DNA of 64,000 nucleotides from a virus (lineage: Duplodnaviria; Heunggongvirae; Uroviricota; Caudoviricetes), in the IMG/VR virus record IMGVR_UViG_3300042868_008486, positions 44,810 to 108,809 of that record; one strand, given 5' to 3'. A program made the translations under genes and the position numbers. This document shows, in pieces, positions 19,286-27,066 of the stretch (position 1 is the first letter of the stretch; the number at the start of each line of letters is the position of its first letter). The notes under the pieces are model-generated. The model was not told where the DNA came from, ran no database searches, and was given only the letters and a program-made list of their open reading frames with translations.

Positions 19286-19404
19286 AATTAATTTTAATAA
19301 TAAATATAAACCAAAATAATAAATCGCGGCGGGGAAGAAACAAAAGGACGACCGAAGGTCGGAAACGGTTACCGGTAAATAAGAGAATTTCTTACTTTTT
19401 TATC

Positions 19405-19737
19405 CTATTTTTTAGGACTTGTATCAACTAATTGTTCTAATGTTGGTAAAGTTACCCCACTGATTTTTTTTGCAACCAAATCGTCCTGAACAAGTTTAAT
19501 TACTTGTGGGTATAATTGTGTAACATCAGCACCTTCTGAACCTTGACTAGTAATGATTTGACTTGTCGTTTTATCAACCACTTTAATATCTAATCGACAA
19601 CTACCAAAAAAACAAAACTTAGTTCCCGCGGCAACGTATTGTGTATTAGGGGTTTGTCCTGATGGGGCAGGTGCTGCCTGTTCATATAATCCCTTTATAT
19701 GTTTCTTATCGGCTTCAGTAATTATAAACTTTTTCAT
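19405..19737 (-). CDS. MKKFIITE-leader protein
   Basis: MKKFIITEADKKHIKGLYEQ; TATTTAT 14 nt upstream. Confidence 0.7.
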   Translation of the reverse strand: MKKFIITEADKKHIKGLYEQAAPAPSGQTPNTQYVAAGTKFCFFGSCRLDIKVVDKTTSQIITSQGSEGADVTQLYPQVIKLVQDDLVAKKISGVTLPTLEQLVDTSPKK

Positions 19738-19796
19738 ATATACTTTTTATCATAAATATTGTATAAAACAAAAAACCCCACGGATGAGGTGGGGGG

Positions 19797-20201
19797 TTAA
19801 TCAATCTCTTTTCTTGATTTCTTATTTAATACATTGTCTATGTGGTCACTTAACCTTTGACAAATAGGGGTTAAATCTTCAATATCTTCCTCATTATCAC
19901 CAACAATAAAAAATGCAGATTCAATGTATGATTTTAAATATACACTCCACTCTTCTTTTTCTTCTTGTGTTAAATCGTCTGCCACATCGTAAGTCAACTG
20001 AAGTATTGGGATTTGAAGTTGTTGTTTAGCTCTTTCAAGACGAGTTTGCACTTTAGGTTTCTCACCACTAAAAAAAGAACTACCCCCAAGAAAATAATCT
20101 CCATTATTAAATTGAACAACATCTAAATCATCTGACTCATTAATAACCCTTTTAACAATTCTAACTAAATCAGATTCTGTTAGTCTTATAACTTTTTTCA
20201 T
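19797..20201 (-). CDS. MKKVIRLTESDLVRIVKRVINE-leader protein
   Basis: Leader as 15380 gene; upstream DNA near-identical to that of 19405 gene. Confidence 0.7.
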   Translation of the reverse strand: MKKVIRLTESDLVRIVKRVINESDDLDVVQFNNGDYFLGGSSFFSGEKPKVQTRLERAKQQLQIPILQLTYDVADDLTQEEKEEWSVYLKSYIESAFFIVGDNEEDIEDLTPICQRLSDHIDNVLNKKSRKEID

Positions 20202-20265
20202 ATATACTTTTTATCATAAATATTATATAAAACAAAAAACCCCACCTAAATAAGTGGGGGTAATA

Positions 20266-20580
20266 TTATTCTTCTTCTTCACTTTCAAATAGTTCTCTCC
20301 ATTTCTTACTTTCCTCATATGGATTGTTAACATAATCATTAACACATTCCATAGCCTCTTTAACACTTCTAAAAGGAATGTCCTTACATCCTACACTAAC
20401 AACACAACCAACACTTAAAAATTTAATACGAAGCTCGTATTCCCTAAGTATTTCCTGTTTGTTAGGTTTATACATAAGTTTTTGACCCAATTCAGGACCT
20501 CTATCATAACCTCTCGGTGCCCCCTCCATCATTCCCATATCTTGAACTGGAACAGGTTCATTTACATCGTAATCTCTCAT
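20266..20580 (-). CDS. Hypothetical protein
   Basis: 104 aa between two terminator hairpins (~20233, ~20626). Confidence 0.6.
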   Translation of the reverse strand: MRDYDVNEPVPVQDMGMMEGAPRGYDRGPELGQKLMYKPNKQEILREYELRIKFLSVGCVVSVGCKDIPFRSVKEAMECVNDYVNNPYEESKKWRELFESEEEE

Positions 20581-20660
20581 AATCTTTTTTATTTAATAAT
20601 ACAGAATATATTTGATGAGGTCAAATAAAAAACCCCTCCGTTGAAGAGGGGGTGGTAAGA

Positions 20661-21530
20661 TTAATTTGTAATCTCTAATTTATATTTATTACCCAATCTA
20701 TCCAATGATGTAACACCAATTAAATTCTTTCTAAGGTTATGATTATATAAATCCAATACCAAGTGATTAAGTGAGTGTCTAACACTACCTGAGTATAACA
20801 AATAATCAGTTGCGGTACTATTAACTCTCTTGAAGATAACCTCATCCAAACGTTTTAGATTAACCCCATTCAAGTAATATAAATCTAACAACGCTTTCAA
20901 GTAATATCTCTTACCATACTTCTCAACAATCGGTAAGTATTTCTCCAACCATTTGAATGTGTTGGAAATCTCTTCAAACATATCATTAGTAAGAGTTAAC
21001 AAACCATCCTTAAACTTTGAATGGTTCATTGATAACCCATTCTTTTTCATCACATAGAAGAATAACTCGTGTTCAAAATCAAATCTCTCATATAATGATT
21101 TGTATTTGGTATAGTTAATATCCCCAACTTCACTCTTTGAACCCATAAAGTTTGTAACATCCCATTCCAAACCTGATGTGTTTATTAACTCAATGATTCT
21201 TAATATCTCTTCTTCAGGAATGTCAGCAATAACAAAACTAATCGGAATGTTTTCCTCAGATATAGCACTGTGTCTGTGTTGTCCATCTATAATTAAAAAT
21301 GGACAACCATCAGTTAAAAAGTTGGGATTCCTTACAACAATGATTGGAACCTCCTTCACATACTTCTTTCTAATTGATTGTCTAAGTTTCTTGATGTGGG
21401 AATTACTGATATTCCTGTTCCCCTTGATTTTACCAAATAACTTGTAGTTAGTTGTTTGATAAATTTTTGTTAATTCATAACACTCTGTTCTTAATACTTC
21501 ATTGATTAAGTCATTCATTAAATTTTCCAT
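20661..21530 (-). CDS. ParB/sulfiredoxin-like N-terminal domain protein
   Basis: GNRNIS..HIKKL..SI, PIIVV, FLIIDGQHR motif; TATCTTTG promoter ~21585. Confidence 0.8.
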   Translation of the reverse strand: MENLMNDLINEVLRTECYELTKIYQTTNYKLFGKIKGNRNISNSHIKKLRQSIRKKYVKEVPIIVVRNPNFLTDGCPFLIIDGQHRHSAISEENIPISFVIADIPEEEILRIIELINTSGLEWDVTNFMGSKSEVGDINYTKYKSLYERFDFEHELFFYVMKKNGLSMNHSKFKDGLLTLTNDMFEEISNTFKWLEKYLPIVEKYGKRYYLKALLDLYYLNGVNLKRLDEVIFKRVNSTATDYLLYSGSVRHSLNHLVLDLYNHNLRKNLIGVTSLDRLGNKYKLEITN

Positions 21531-21775
21531 AATACTTTTTTTTGTCGGGTCTAATTACCCATTGTTTTGTGGTCTATTACCAAATCAAAGATATATATAA
21601 TCCCCTAATTTATCAAAATTTTTTCCAGAAATTTTTTTTCACTATTAGACCCCTTTTTAGAATATGTCGATTTTTTCAGGAAATTTAAACATATCACCCC
21701 AATATGTACATTCAATAAACATATAACAAAAAACCCCTCCGTTGAAGGAAGGGTTCTAATTAATTATATTGGGGA

Positions 21776-22144
21776 TTATACAATGTTAGCCCCCACAACA
21801 CTCTTAATGTTATAATCAGGAAAATATTTGTTGAAGACATATTCCACAAAATATTTCTCATTACTCATCCACATCAGGTTAGGTAATAACTCCTCAATCT
21901 CCCCAATAAACTTATGGTCATAATATAAACACTCATTAACTTTCTTATACCTCATAATAACATTCATATCCTTGTCATATAATTCCACCTTATCATCATT
22001 CTCCCCATACCCTTTTAGTTTCCTAACCATCATTTTAGATACCACCCCTTTGTAAGTGTCAAATAACTTCTCAGCCTCCTTATTCTCATATTGAGAAAAT
22101 CTTCTAATCTCCCCCAATTGTTTCTCTGTAACTATAATCTTCAT
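21776..22144 (-). CDS. MKIIVTE-leader protein (start corrected to 22144)
   Basis: TATTTAT-N4-ATG. Confidence 0.65.
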   Translation of the reverse strand: MKIIVTEKQLGEIRRFSQYENKEAEKLFDTYKGVVSKMMVRKLKGYGENDDKVELYDKDMNVIMRYKKVNECLYYDHKFIGEIEELLPNLMWMSNEKYFVEYVFNKYFPDYNIKSVVGANIV

Positions 22145-22280
22145 ATCAATAAATATATACCTGTTCAAATAGGGGGACCCTTTTTCCCCCAAAATTTTTC
22201 TAGAATTTTTTTTGGTATTTTTAGTTGTACGCTTTCACGAAAGTATTATCCCCCCTTTTTGACCCCCAAAATAGACGGAA

Positions 22281-22337
22281 GGGGAGGGGGGATACGTAGG
22301 GGGGAGGGGTGTATAGGGGGTACAGGGGGGTGTAGGG
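22281..22337 (+). other. G-quadruplex-competent tract
   Basis: GGGG-a-GGGGGG-atacgta-GGGGGG-a-GGGG-tgtata-GGGGG-taca-GGGGGG-tgta-GGG: seven runs of 3 or more G. Confidence 0.8.
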
Positions 22338-22447
22338 AGGAGTTCTCCCCCCGTCTGAGTGTTCAAACCAAATTACCCCTCCCTCTCTGTATGGTCTTAT
22401 ATGGGGGTGATGTCAGAACAGTGACATATCCAAATAAAGTTATGAAC

Positions 22448-22541
22448 CTGACAGGGTGTCAGTGTGGGGGTTATTAACAATGGGGGTGTTGATAACTTCT
22501 TGGGGGTGACAGTGTGTCAGTTAATAAGATGTTAATAACTT
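22448..22541. promoter_or_regulatory. Left motif cluster: TGACA-N3-TGTCA palindromes and DnaA-box-like sites
   Basis: CTGACAgggTGTCAG 22448-22462, TGACAgtgTGTCA 22507-22519; GTTATTAACA 22470, TGTTGATAACTT 22487, TGTTAATAACTT 22530. Confidence 0.6.
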
Positions 22542-22578
22542 AGTGGGTGATTATAGTTGGGGGTGTCATAATAATTTG

Positions 22579-22586
22579 TATCTTTG
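22579..22586 (+). promoter_or_regulatory. Bacteroidota-type -7 promoter element
   Basis: TATCTTTG matches TAnnTTTG; GTTG ~19 nt upstream. Confidence 0.55.
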
Positions 22587-22813
22587 TATGACAGGTATTG
22601 GGGGTTACACCTCAGACGACTACTCTTAAAGGTGAGAAGCAAGTAGACTCCAACCTGCCTTATACTTTCGTTTATCTTGGGGGTTGATAGCAGGTTCCCT
22701 TAGAACACCCCACACTAAGTTTATAGTCCGCCCGTCTTAACTACTCTCGTAAGTGACATAGCTAAGATACAACTTTTATTTGATTTTCCCCATATATAAA
22801 TGTATAATTAATT

Positions 22814-22981
22814 ATGATTATACTATTTTTTATTTGGTTGGTCCTGACTTGTATAGTTGGGGTCTTCTTTATCTTGGAGACAGTCATCAGGAGTCTACCT
22901 GAAGGTAATAGAGTTCGTGTATGGTGGAACGATAATGTGATTACTGAGTTACACCCTGATGATACGAGAGAAGACTATTAA
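22814..22981 (+). CDS. 55-aa single-pass membrane protein (below ORF-track cutoff)
   Basis: MIILFFIWLVLTCIVGVFFILETVIRSLPEGNRVRVWWNDNVITELHPDDTREDY. Confidence 0.5.
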   Translation: MIILFFIWLVLTCIVGVFFILETVIRSLPEGNRVRVWWNDNVITELHPDDTREDY

Positions 22982-23240
22982 GAGAGTGTTCTCTTATCCC
23001 CATTTGAACCTCATTGAAATCATCTGATGACAGTGGGGTTTTCTTATGTATATACTCTATCACATCCCCCATTTCTGAATGGGTTAGTAAGTATATTGTT
23101 CCTGATTGGAATTTAGATTGTGGTCTTGTCTCTACATATGTACAGGACCCTGAGTAGTTCCCATTAGAATATTCCACTCTATATATTGGGGACTCATTTA
23201 TTATCTCTGTGTTGAAGTCATTTAATATTTCCATAGTCAT
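22941..23240 (-). CDS. Hypothetical protein (start corrected to ~23240)
   Basis: MTMEILNDF...; upstream extension in the ORF track runs through the motif cluster. Confidence 0.45.
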   Translation of the reverse strand: MTMEILNDFNTEIINESPIYRVEYSNGNYSGSCTYVETRPQSKFQSGTIYLLTHSEMGDVIEYIHKKTPLSSDDFNEVQMGIREHSLNSLLSYHQGVTQ

Positions 23241-23276
23241 AAATATAATCCCCCACCATAGTATGTCAAGTTGTCG

Positions 23277-23391
23277 TGTTGATAACTTTCTTGTGGTACA
23301 GTAAAATATAGTTATGAACACCATTATTGTTGATAACTTTATTGGGGGAAGTGGACCTGACACTATGTCAGGGGGAAATTGTTAATAACTT
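23277..23391. promoter_or_regulatory. Right motif cluster: DnaA-box-like sites and TGACA-N3-TGTCA palindrome
   Basis: TGTTGATAACTT 23277 and 23328, TGTTAATAACTT 23380, CCTGACActaTGTCAGG 23356-23372. Confidence 0.6.
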
Positions 23392-24139
23392 TTTATGTTA
23401 AAAAACTTGATTTTGTCAGAATGTCAGTCACGTTTGACGATGGGGATAATCGCTACACGGGTTTTCAGTCCCCACTTATAGTAATAACGTTACCACATTT
23501 TACCACCGAATATGGTCTTGTTGATAGTGTAGTGACCAAAAAATCCCCTCTGTAGGGGTCTACAGGTCTAGTTTTTTAGGTATAGGTAAAACCCAGCTAA
23601 TTACGATAGTTATGGTACATAGGCGGTTGACAGTCCTTTAGGACGTTATAATATTACTTCAACGGTCCGTCAGGATGGAATTATATATACCCCCGACATA
23701 TAAAGATTACTAAAAAACATATAAAGAAAGTGGTAATTAGTGGGATAAAATAATGATTTAAAAGGGTTGGGGATTTCATCCCCCAATAATAAATCACTAA
23801 TAAATCCCATTCATATACTTTACTAAGATGATTCAGGAATAAAGGGAGTTCTTATGTTCACAATATGTGAACGTTCACAATAAAATGAACATTTATATAT
23901 AGGGAAAAGATGAATCACCCTATAGGTTTGTCATTATAATCTTCTTAGATATTAGGGGGTTTAATATAATGGGGGGGAATGTTCAGTAATCTATAGTGTT
24001 CATTGTCACTGAACGGGTTAATATAATGAACAGGAGGGAAAATATCTATATGATTATAGTATGAATGGATAACGTAGTGGAGTGATAACGGAACGGGAGT
24101 TAGGAATGAATAGTGTAATCGTATATATATTTTTATCTA

Positions 24140-24511
24140 TTACTCAAGTAAATTGATTTCTGAAAGATTGGTCTCAAATCTATTGTTTAGTATTGGTAGT
24201 AATTCATCTTCTATTTCTTCATCCGTATATTCTAATAAGTTGAAGTACATCCATAACTTTGAGGTTATATGGAAATTGTCTTTACTTTGAAGTACAAAAT
24301 ATATACCATCATCATTACTTAATACTTTATAATTGTCCCCAAATCTTGTAATTGGTTTTACTTTTAGGTTATCAATAAACTCGTATATAAATGTATTATT
24401 ATTCTTTAGGAAATTGGTAATAGGTTTGCCATACCCTCCGAAAAGTTTTAGAGTTTTATCTAACCCGTCGGATATAAGTAAATTACGAATGATGTTATCT
24501 TTATTGGTCAT
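24140..24511 (-). CDS. GG-module paralog (tandem copy 4; start corrected to 24511)
   Basis: DGLDKTLKLFGG. Confidence 0.65.
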   Translation of the reverse strand: MTNKDNIIRNLLISDGLDKTLKLFGGYGKPITNFLKNNNTFIYEFIDNLKVKPITRFGDNYKVLSNDDGIYFVLQSKDNFHITSKLWMYFNLLEYTDEEIEDELLPILNNRFETNLSEINLLE

Positions 24512-24528
24512 AATTGTTTGTATAGTAA

Positions 24529-24996
24529 TTAACTTCCACACTCGTATAATGATTCCCCTATACCATCTAACAGACCTGCGTCTTTCCATTTTCTTTTAAT
24601 GTCATCAATCTCGGAATATACTGTTGGTATTCTTCCCGATAGTGATGGAATGTGTTTATATAACCACTCGGATATTATACATCTTATTTTGGTATCATCG
24701 AATTGCATAATGGATTTATAGAAATGGTTCCATATAAAATCATCCACATAAACTACCCCATCGTTATCGTAAGTGGTAAAAATGGTTCGTTTAAAGTTAT
24801 ATGACCACGCTGTTTTAGTATAACTATTACCTTTAGTTATCATTAGGTTACCGATTAAATAATCTAAATAAGATTCGGGGTTATCTGTATATACTTTTTG
24901 TATAATATCTTTATTCCCCCCTAATAGTTTTATTGCATTGGATAGACCATCGTCTGCGACCATTTTTTTGATTCTATCTATATGTTGTTGGTTCAT
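24529..24996 (-). CDS. GG-module paralog (tandem copy 3)
   Basis: DGLSNAIKLLGGNKDIIQKVYTDNPESYL...VDDFIWN. Confidence 0.75.
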   Translation of the reverse strand: MNQQHIDRIKKMVADDGLSNAIKLLGGNKDIIQKVYTDNPESYLDYLIGNLMITKGNSYTKTAWSYNFKRTIFTTYDNDGVVYVDDFIWNHFYKSIMQFDDTKIRCIISEWLYKHIPSLSGRIPTVYSEIDDIKRKWKDAGLLDGIGESLYECGS

Positions 24997-25001
24997 AACA
25001 A

Positions 25002-25403
25002 TTATACGCTATTTGGTATTGGTTTTAGGTTTTTAATAATAACAATAAGGTCATAGTGTTTAACTAACCAACCTTTGATTAAATCACACGTTTGACGTGT
25101 ATCTAATTCCATAATGGATTTGTAGAACTTATATTCAGTTGTATGATTATTAATAATAAGATGGTTACTCCCCAGGTCAACCCAAGCGAAATTGTAGTTT
25201 CTATCACCTCTCACTTTAAACAGTATTCTGTCGGCTGCTTTATATACATAGGGTTTATGTTTTAGATTCTCAAGATAAGATATTGGGTTATCCGTATATA
25301 CTTTTTGTATAATATCTTTATTCCCCCCTAATAGTTTTAGTGTGTCTCGAATTCCGACATCAGTCACCATTTTTTTGATTCTATCTATATGTTCTTGTTT
25401 CAT
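25002..25403 (-). CDS. GG-module paralog (tandem copy 2; start corrected to 25403)
   Basis: MKQEHIDRIKKMV..GIRDTLKLLGGNKDIIQKVYTDNP. Confidence 0.75.
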   Translation of the reverse strand: MKQEHIDRIKKMVTDVGIRDTLKLLGGNKDIIQKVYTDNPISYLENLKHKPYVYKAADRILFKVRGDRNYNFAWVDLGSNHLIINNHTTEYKFYKSIMELDTRQTCDLIKGWLVKHYDLIVIIKNLKPIPNSV

Positions 25404-25846
25404 ATCACATAATTTGATTTTCTCACTGTTATATTTTCTTGATAAAATTCCTGTGATTTGGATATTGGTGTTAAGTGTTTTGTTGATGGGATATGTTTTT
25501 CTAACCACGACTTGAGTATCGCTCTTGTTTCAGTATTATTATAATCCATAATATGTAGGAAGAAGTAGTTCCATATGAAATCATCTACGATTATTTTCCC
25601 CTCGTTTTTTAGTTCATATTCATATTTTTTACATAGGAATATAGTTGTATTACCATACATAAAATAGATATTATCTGTGAAGTTTATTCCATACCTTGTG
25701 ATAATATTACCTATTAGATAATCTAAGTATGATTCAGGATTATCACTATATGCTTGTTTTATGATATCTTTATTCCCCCCGAATAGTTTTAGTGCGGTTA
25801 TGAGACCGAATTTATTTACGGCTTCTTTTATTTTATCGTGTTTCAT
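25400..25846 (-). CDS. GG-module paralog (tandem copy 1)
   Basis: FGLITALKLFGGNKDIIKQAYSDNPESYLDYLIGN. Confidence 0.75.
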   Translation of the reverse strand: MKHDKIKEAVNKFGLITALKLFGGNKDIIKQAYSDNPESYLDYLIGNIITRYGINFTDNIYFMYGNTTIFLCKKYEYELKNEGKIIVDDFIWNYFFLHIMDYNNTETRAILKSWLEKHIPSTKHLTPISKSQEFYQENITVRKSNYVI

Positions 25847-26079
25847 AATCTTTTTCTTACGAATGAATCTACATAATACACAACTGTTGACTTGCTATAA
25901 GTTGTTTCATCTGACAAACCTTTTTCCATCACCCCTTTTTTAACAAGTTGGTTTGCTTGTTTAATTTCGGTTGATGTCATTAGTTTTCTTAATACTGAAT
26001 CATCCCCGAAGTTAATTAGGAATTCTCTTTCTTTTGGTGATAGAGTGTTGATTACTGATATTATCGTTTCGTTTGTCAT
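25843..26079 (-). CDS. Small protein, possibly winged-helix-like
   Basis: LSPKEREFL...QLVKKGVMEK; directly after cassette promoter. Confidence 0.55.
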   Translation of the reverse strand: MTNETIISVINTLSPKEREFLINFGDDSVLRKLMTSTEIKQANQLVKKGVMEKGLSDETTYSKSTVVYYVDSFVRKRL

Positions 26080-26083
26080 AGAA

Positions 26084-26120
26084 CAAATATAATAAAAAAA
26101 GGGATAACTTTGATTATCCC
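26084..26120 (-). promoter_or_regulatory. Hairpin + TAnnTTTG promoter cassette, copy 1
   Basis: + strand caaatataataaaaaaagggataactttgattatccc. Confidence 0.85.
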
Positions 26121-26596
26121 CTCGTTTTTATTTTATACGATTTTGCGTATGGTTGGTGGTGGTAATCTATTGGTGTAACAATTCTCCCCAATCTTATTTT
26201 GTTTCTCACCTCATCTTTCTTCTCTCTTAACTTTTGATATGTGTTGTGGATTTCCTCTATTGGATTTTGTTTAAGTCTCGTTAAATCGAAGTATTCGGGT
26301 ATTAAAAGATGGTCTATACCAACGCTATAAGTTTCTTTCTTTTGGAATCTACCATCAGGTAGTATATCATAGTCATTAGGGTTAGAGTTAGGACCTAGAC
26401 TATCGTATGGGTCATATTTGATATGATGATATATATTGGGGTATTTATCTTCTAATTCTGAGTAGATTAGTACATCTTTAAATACTTCAGCGATATGAGT
26501 ATTTGGTACGTACTCATTTATTTGAGTATCGGTCTTTAGAGTTTGTTTTATATACTCTCTTATTGTTTTGTCTATTGTCTTGAAGGTTTCTAAGTT
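26114..26596 (-). pseudogene. 160-codon ATG-less open frame continuing the upstream gene in frame after one TAA
   Basis: ...SYHN-TAA-NLETFKTIDKTIREYIK...SYKIKTRG-TAA; absent from ORF track because it has no Met. Confidence 0.5.
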
Positions 26597-26797
26597 TTAG
26601 TTATGGTATGAATTACATTTATAACAGAAGAAAGTATCTATATCACCATTAAGATATTTTTCTTTATTAACTCTGCCACCAATAATATATCCAGCTTCAC
26701 TTATTGTCAAAACTTGACCTTTATTTGGATTACAAATTTCAAAAGATTTGAATCTTCTAAGGTGCTCTTCTTTAGTTATCTTTCTTTTAGTTGTCAT
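26597..26797 (-). CDS. Hypothetical protein (start corrected to 26797), C-terminal CxxC
   Basis: MTTKRKITKEEH...FCYKCNSYHN. Confidence 0.55.
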   Translation of the reverse strand: MTTKRKITKEEHLRRFKSFEICNPNKGQVLTISEAGYIIGGRVNKEKYLNGDIDTFFCYKCNSYHN

Positions 26798-26817
26798 AGT
26801 GTCTATGTTTGTTCGGA

Positions 26818-26854
26818 CAAATATAATAAAAAAAGGGATAACTTTCATTATCCC
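26818..26854 (-). promoter_or_regulatory. Hairpin + promoter cassette, copy 2
   Basis: caaatataataaaaaaagggataactttcattatccc. Confidence 0.85.
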
Positions 26855-26959
26855 CCAATATTATTTAATACGTTATTTATTTTTGAATTTTGTAATAATC
26901 TGTGTTTTGGTGGTATTATTTGGTTGGTTTATAACAAAAGATATAAATAATGTGGCTGT

Positions 26960-27023
26960 TTGCTTACACACTTAACAACGGTGGCTTACATTTGGGATTG
27001 CTTACACACTTAACAACGGTGGC
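26960..27023. repeat. 26-bp perfect direct repeat x2 in an apparently non-coding gap
   Basis: ttgcttacacacttaacaacggtggc at 26960 and 26998 (period 38). Confidence 0.9.
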
Positions 27024-27066
27024 GGTCCTTCACCACACTACTTATATCTTCAACCGTTATATTCAA

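Larger units (their letters stand above)
22190..24135. other. Largely non-coding control region, candidate replication origin or genome end
   Basis: Only two short ORFs in ~2 kb; + strand locally G-rich; G-tracts, DnaA-box-like and palindromic motifs. Confidence 0.55.

Noticed and set aside
18799-19287. Plus-strand ORFs with repeats (18799, 18899) and other antisense ORFs such as 32760, 17702, 21178, 51813
   Set aside because: Shadows of better-supported minus-strand genes; repeats simply propagate stop-free frames
7035-21756. Many A-run/CCCC...GGGG hairpins as a mobile repeat family
   Set aside because: Loops and stems vary and each sits just after a stop codon; best explained as ordinary intrinsic terminators
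22091-22477. 128-aa plus-strand ORF across the G-tract
   Set aside because: Gly/Pro-rich translation of homopolymer runs, overlaps another gene's start, no protein-like features
26798-26848. N-terminal MKVIPFFIIFV-type extensions (also 34894, 7044, 18086)
   Set aside because: They are translations of the hairpin/promoter element; real starts lie downstream of TATATTTG or TATTTAT
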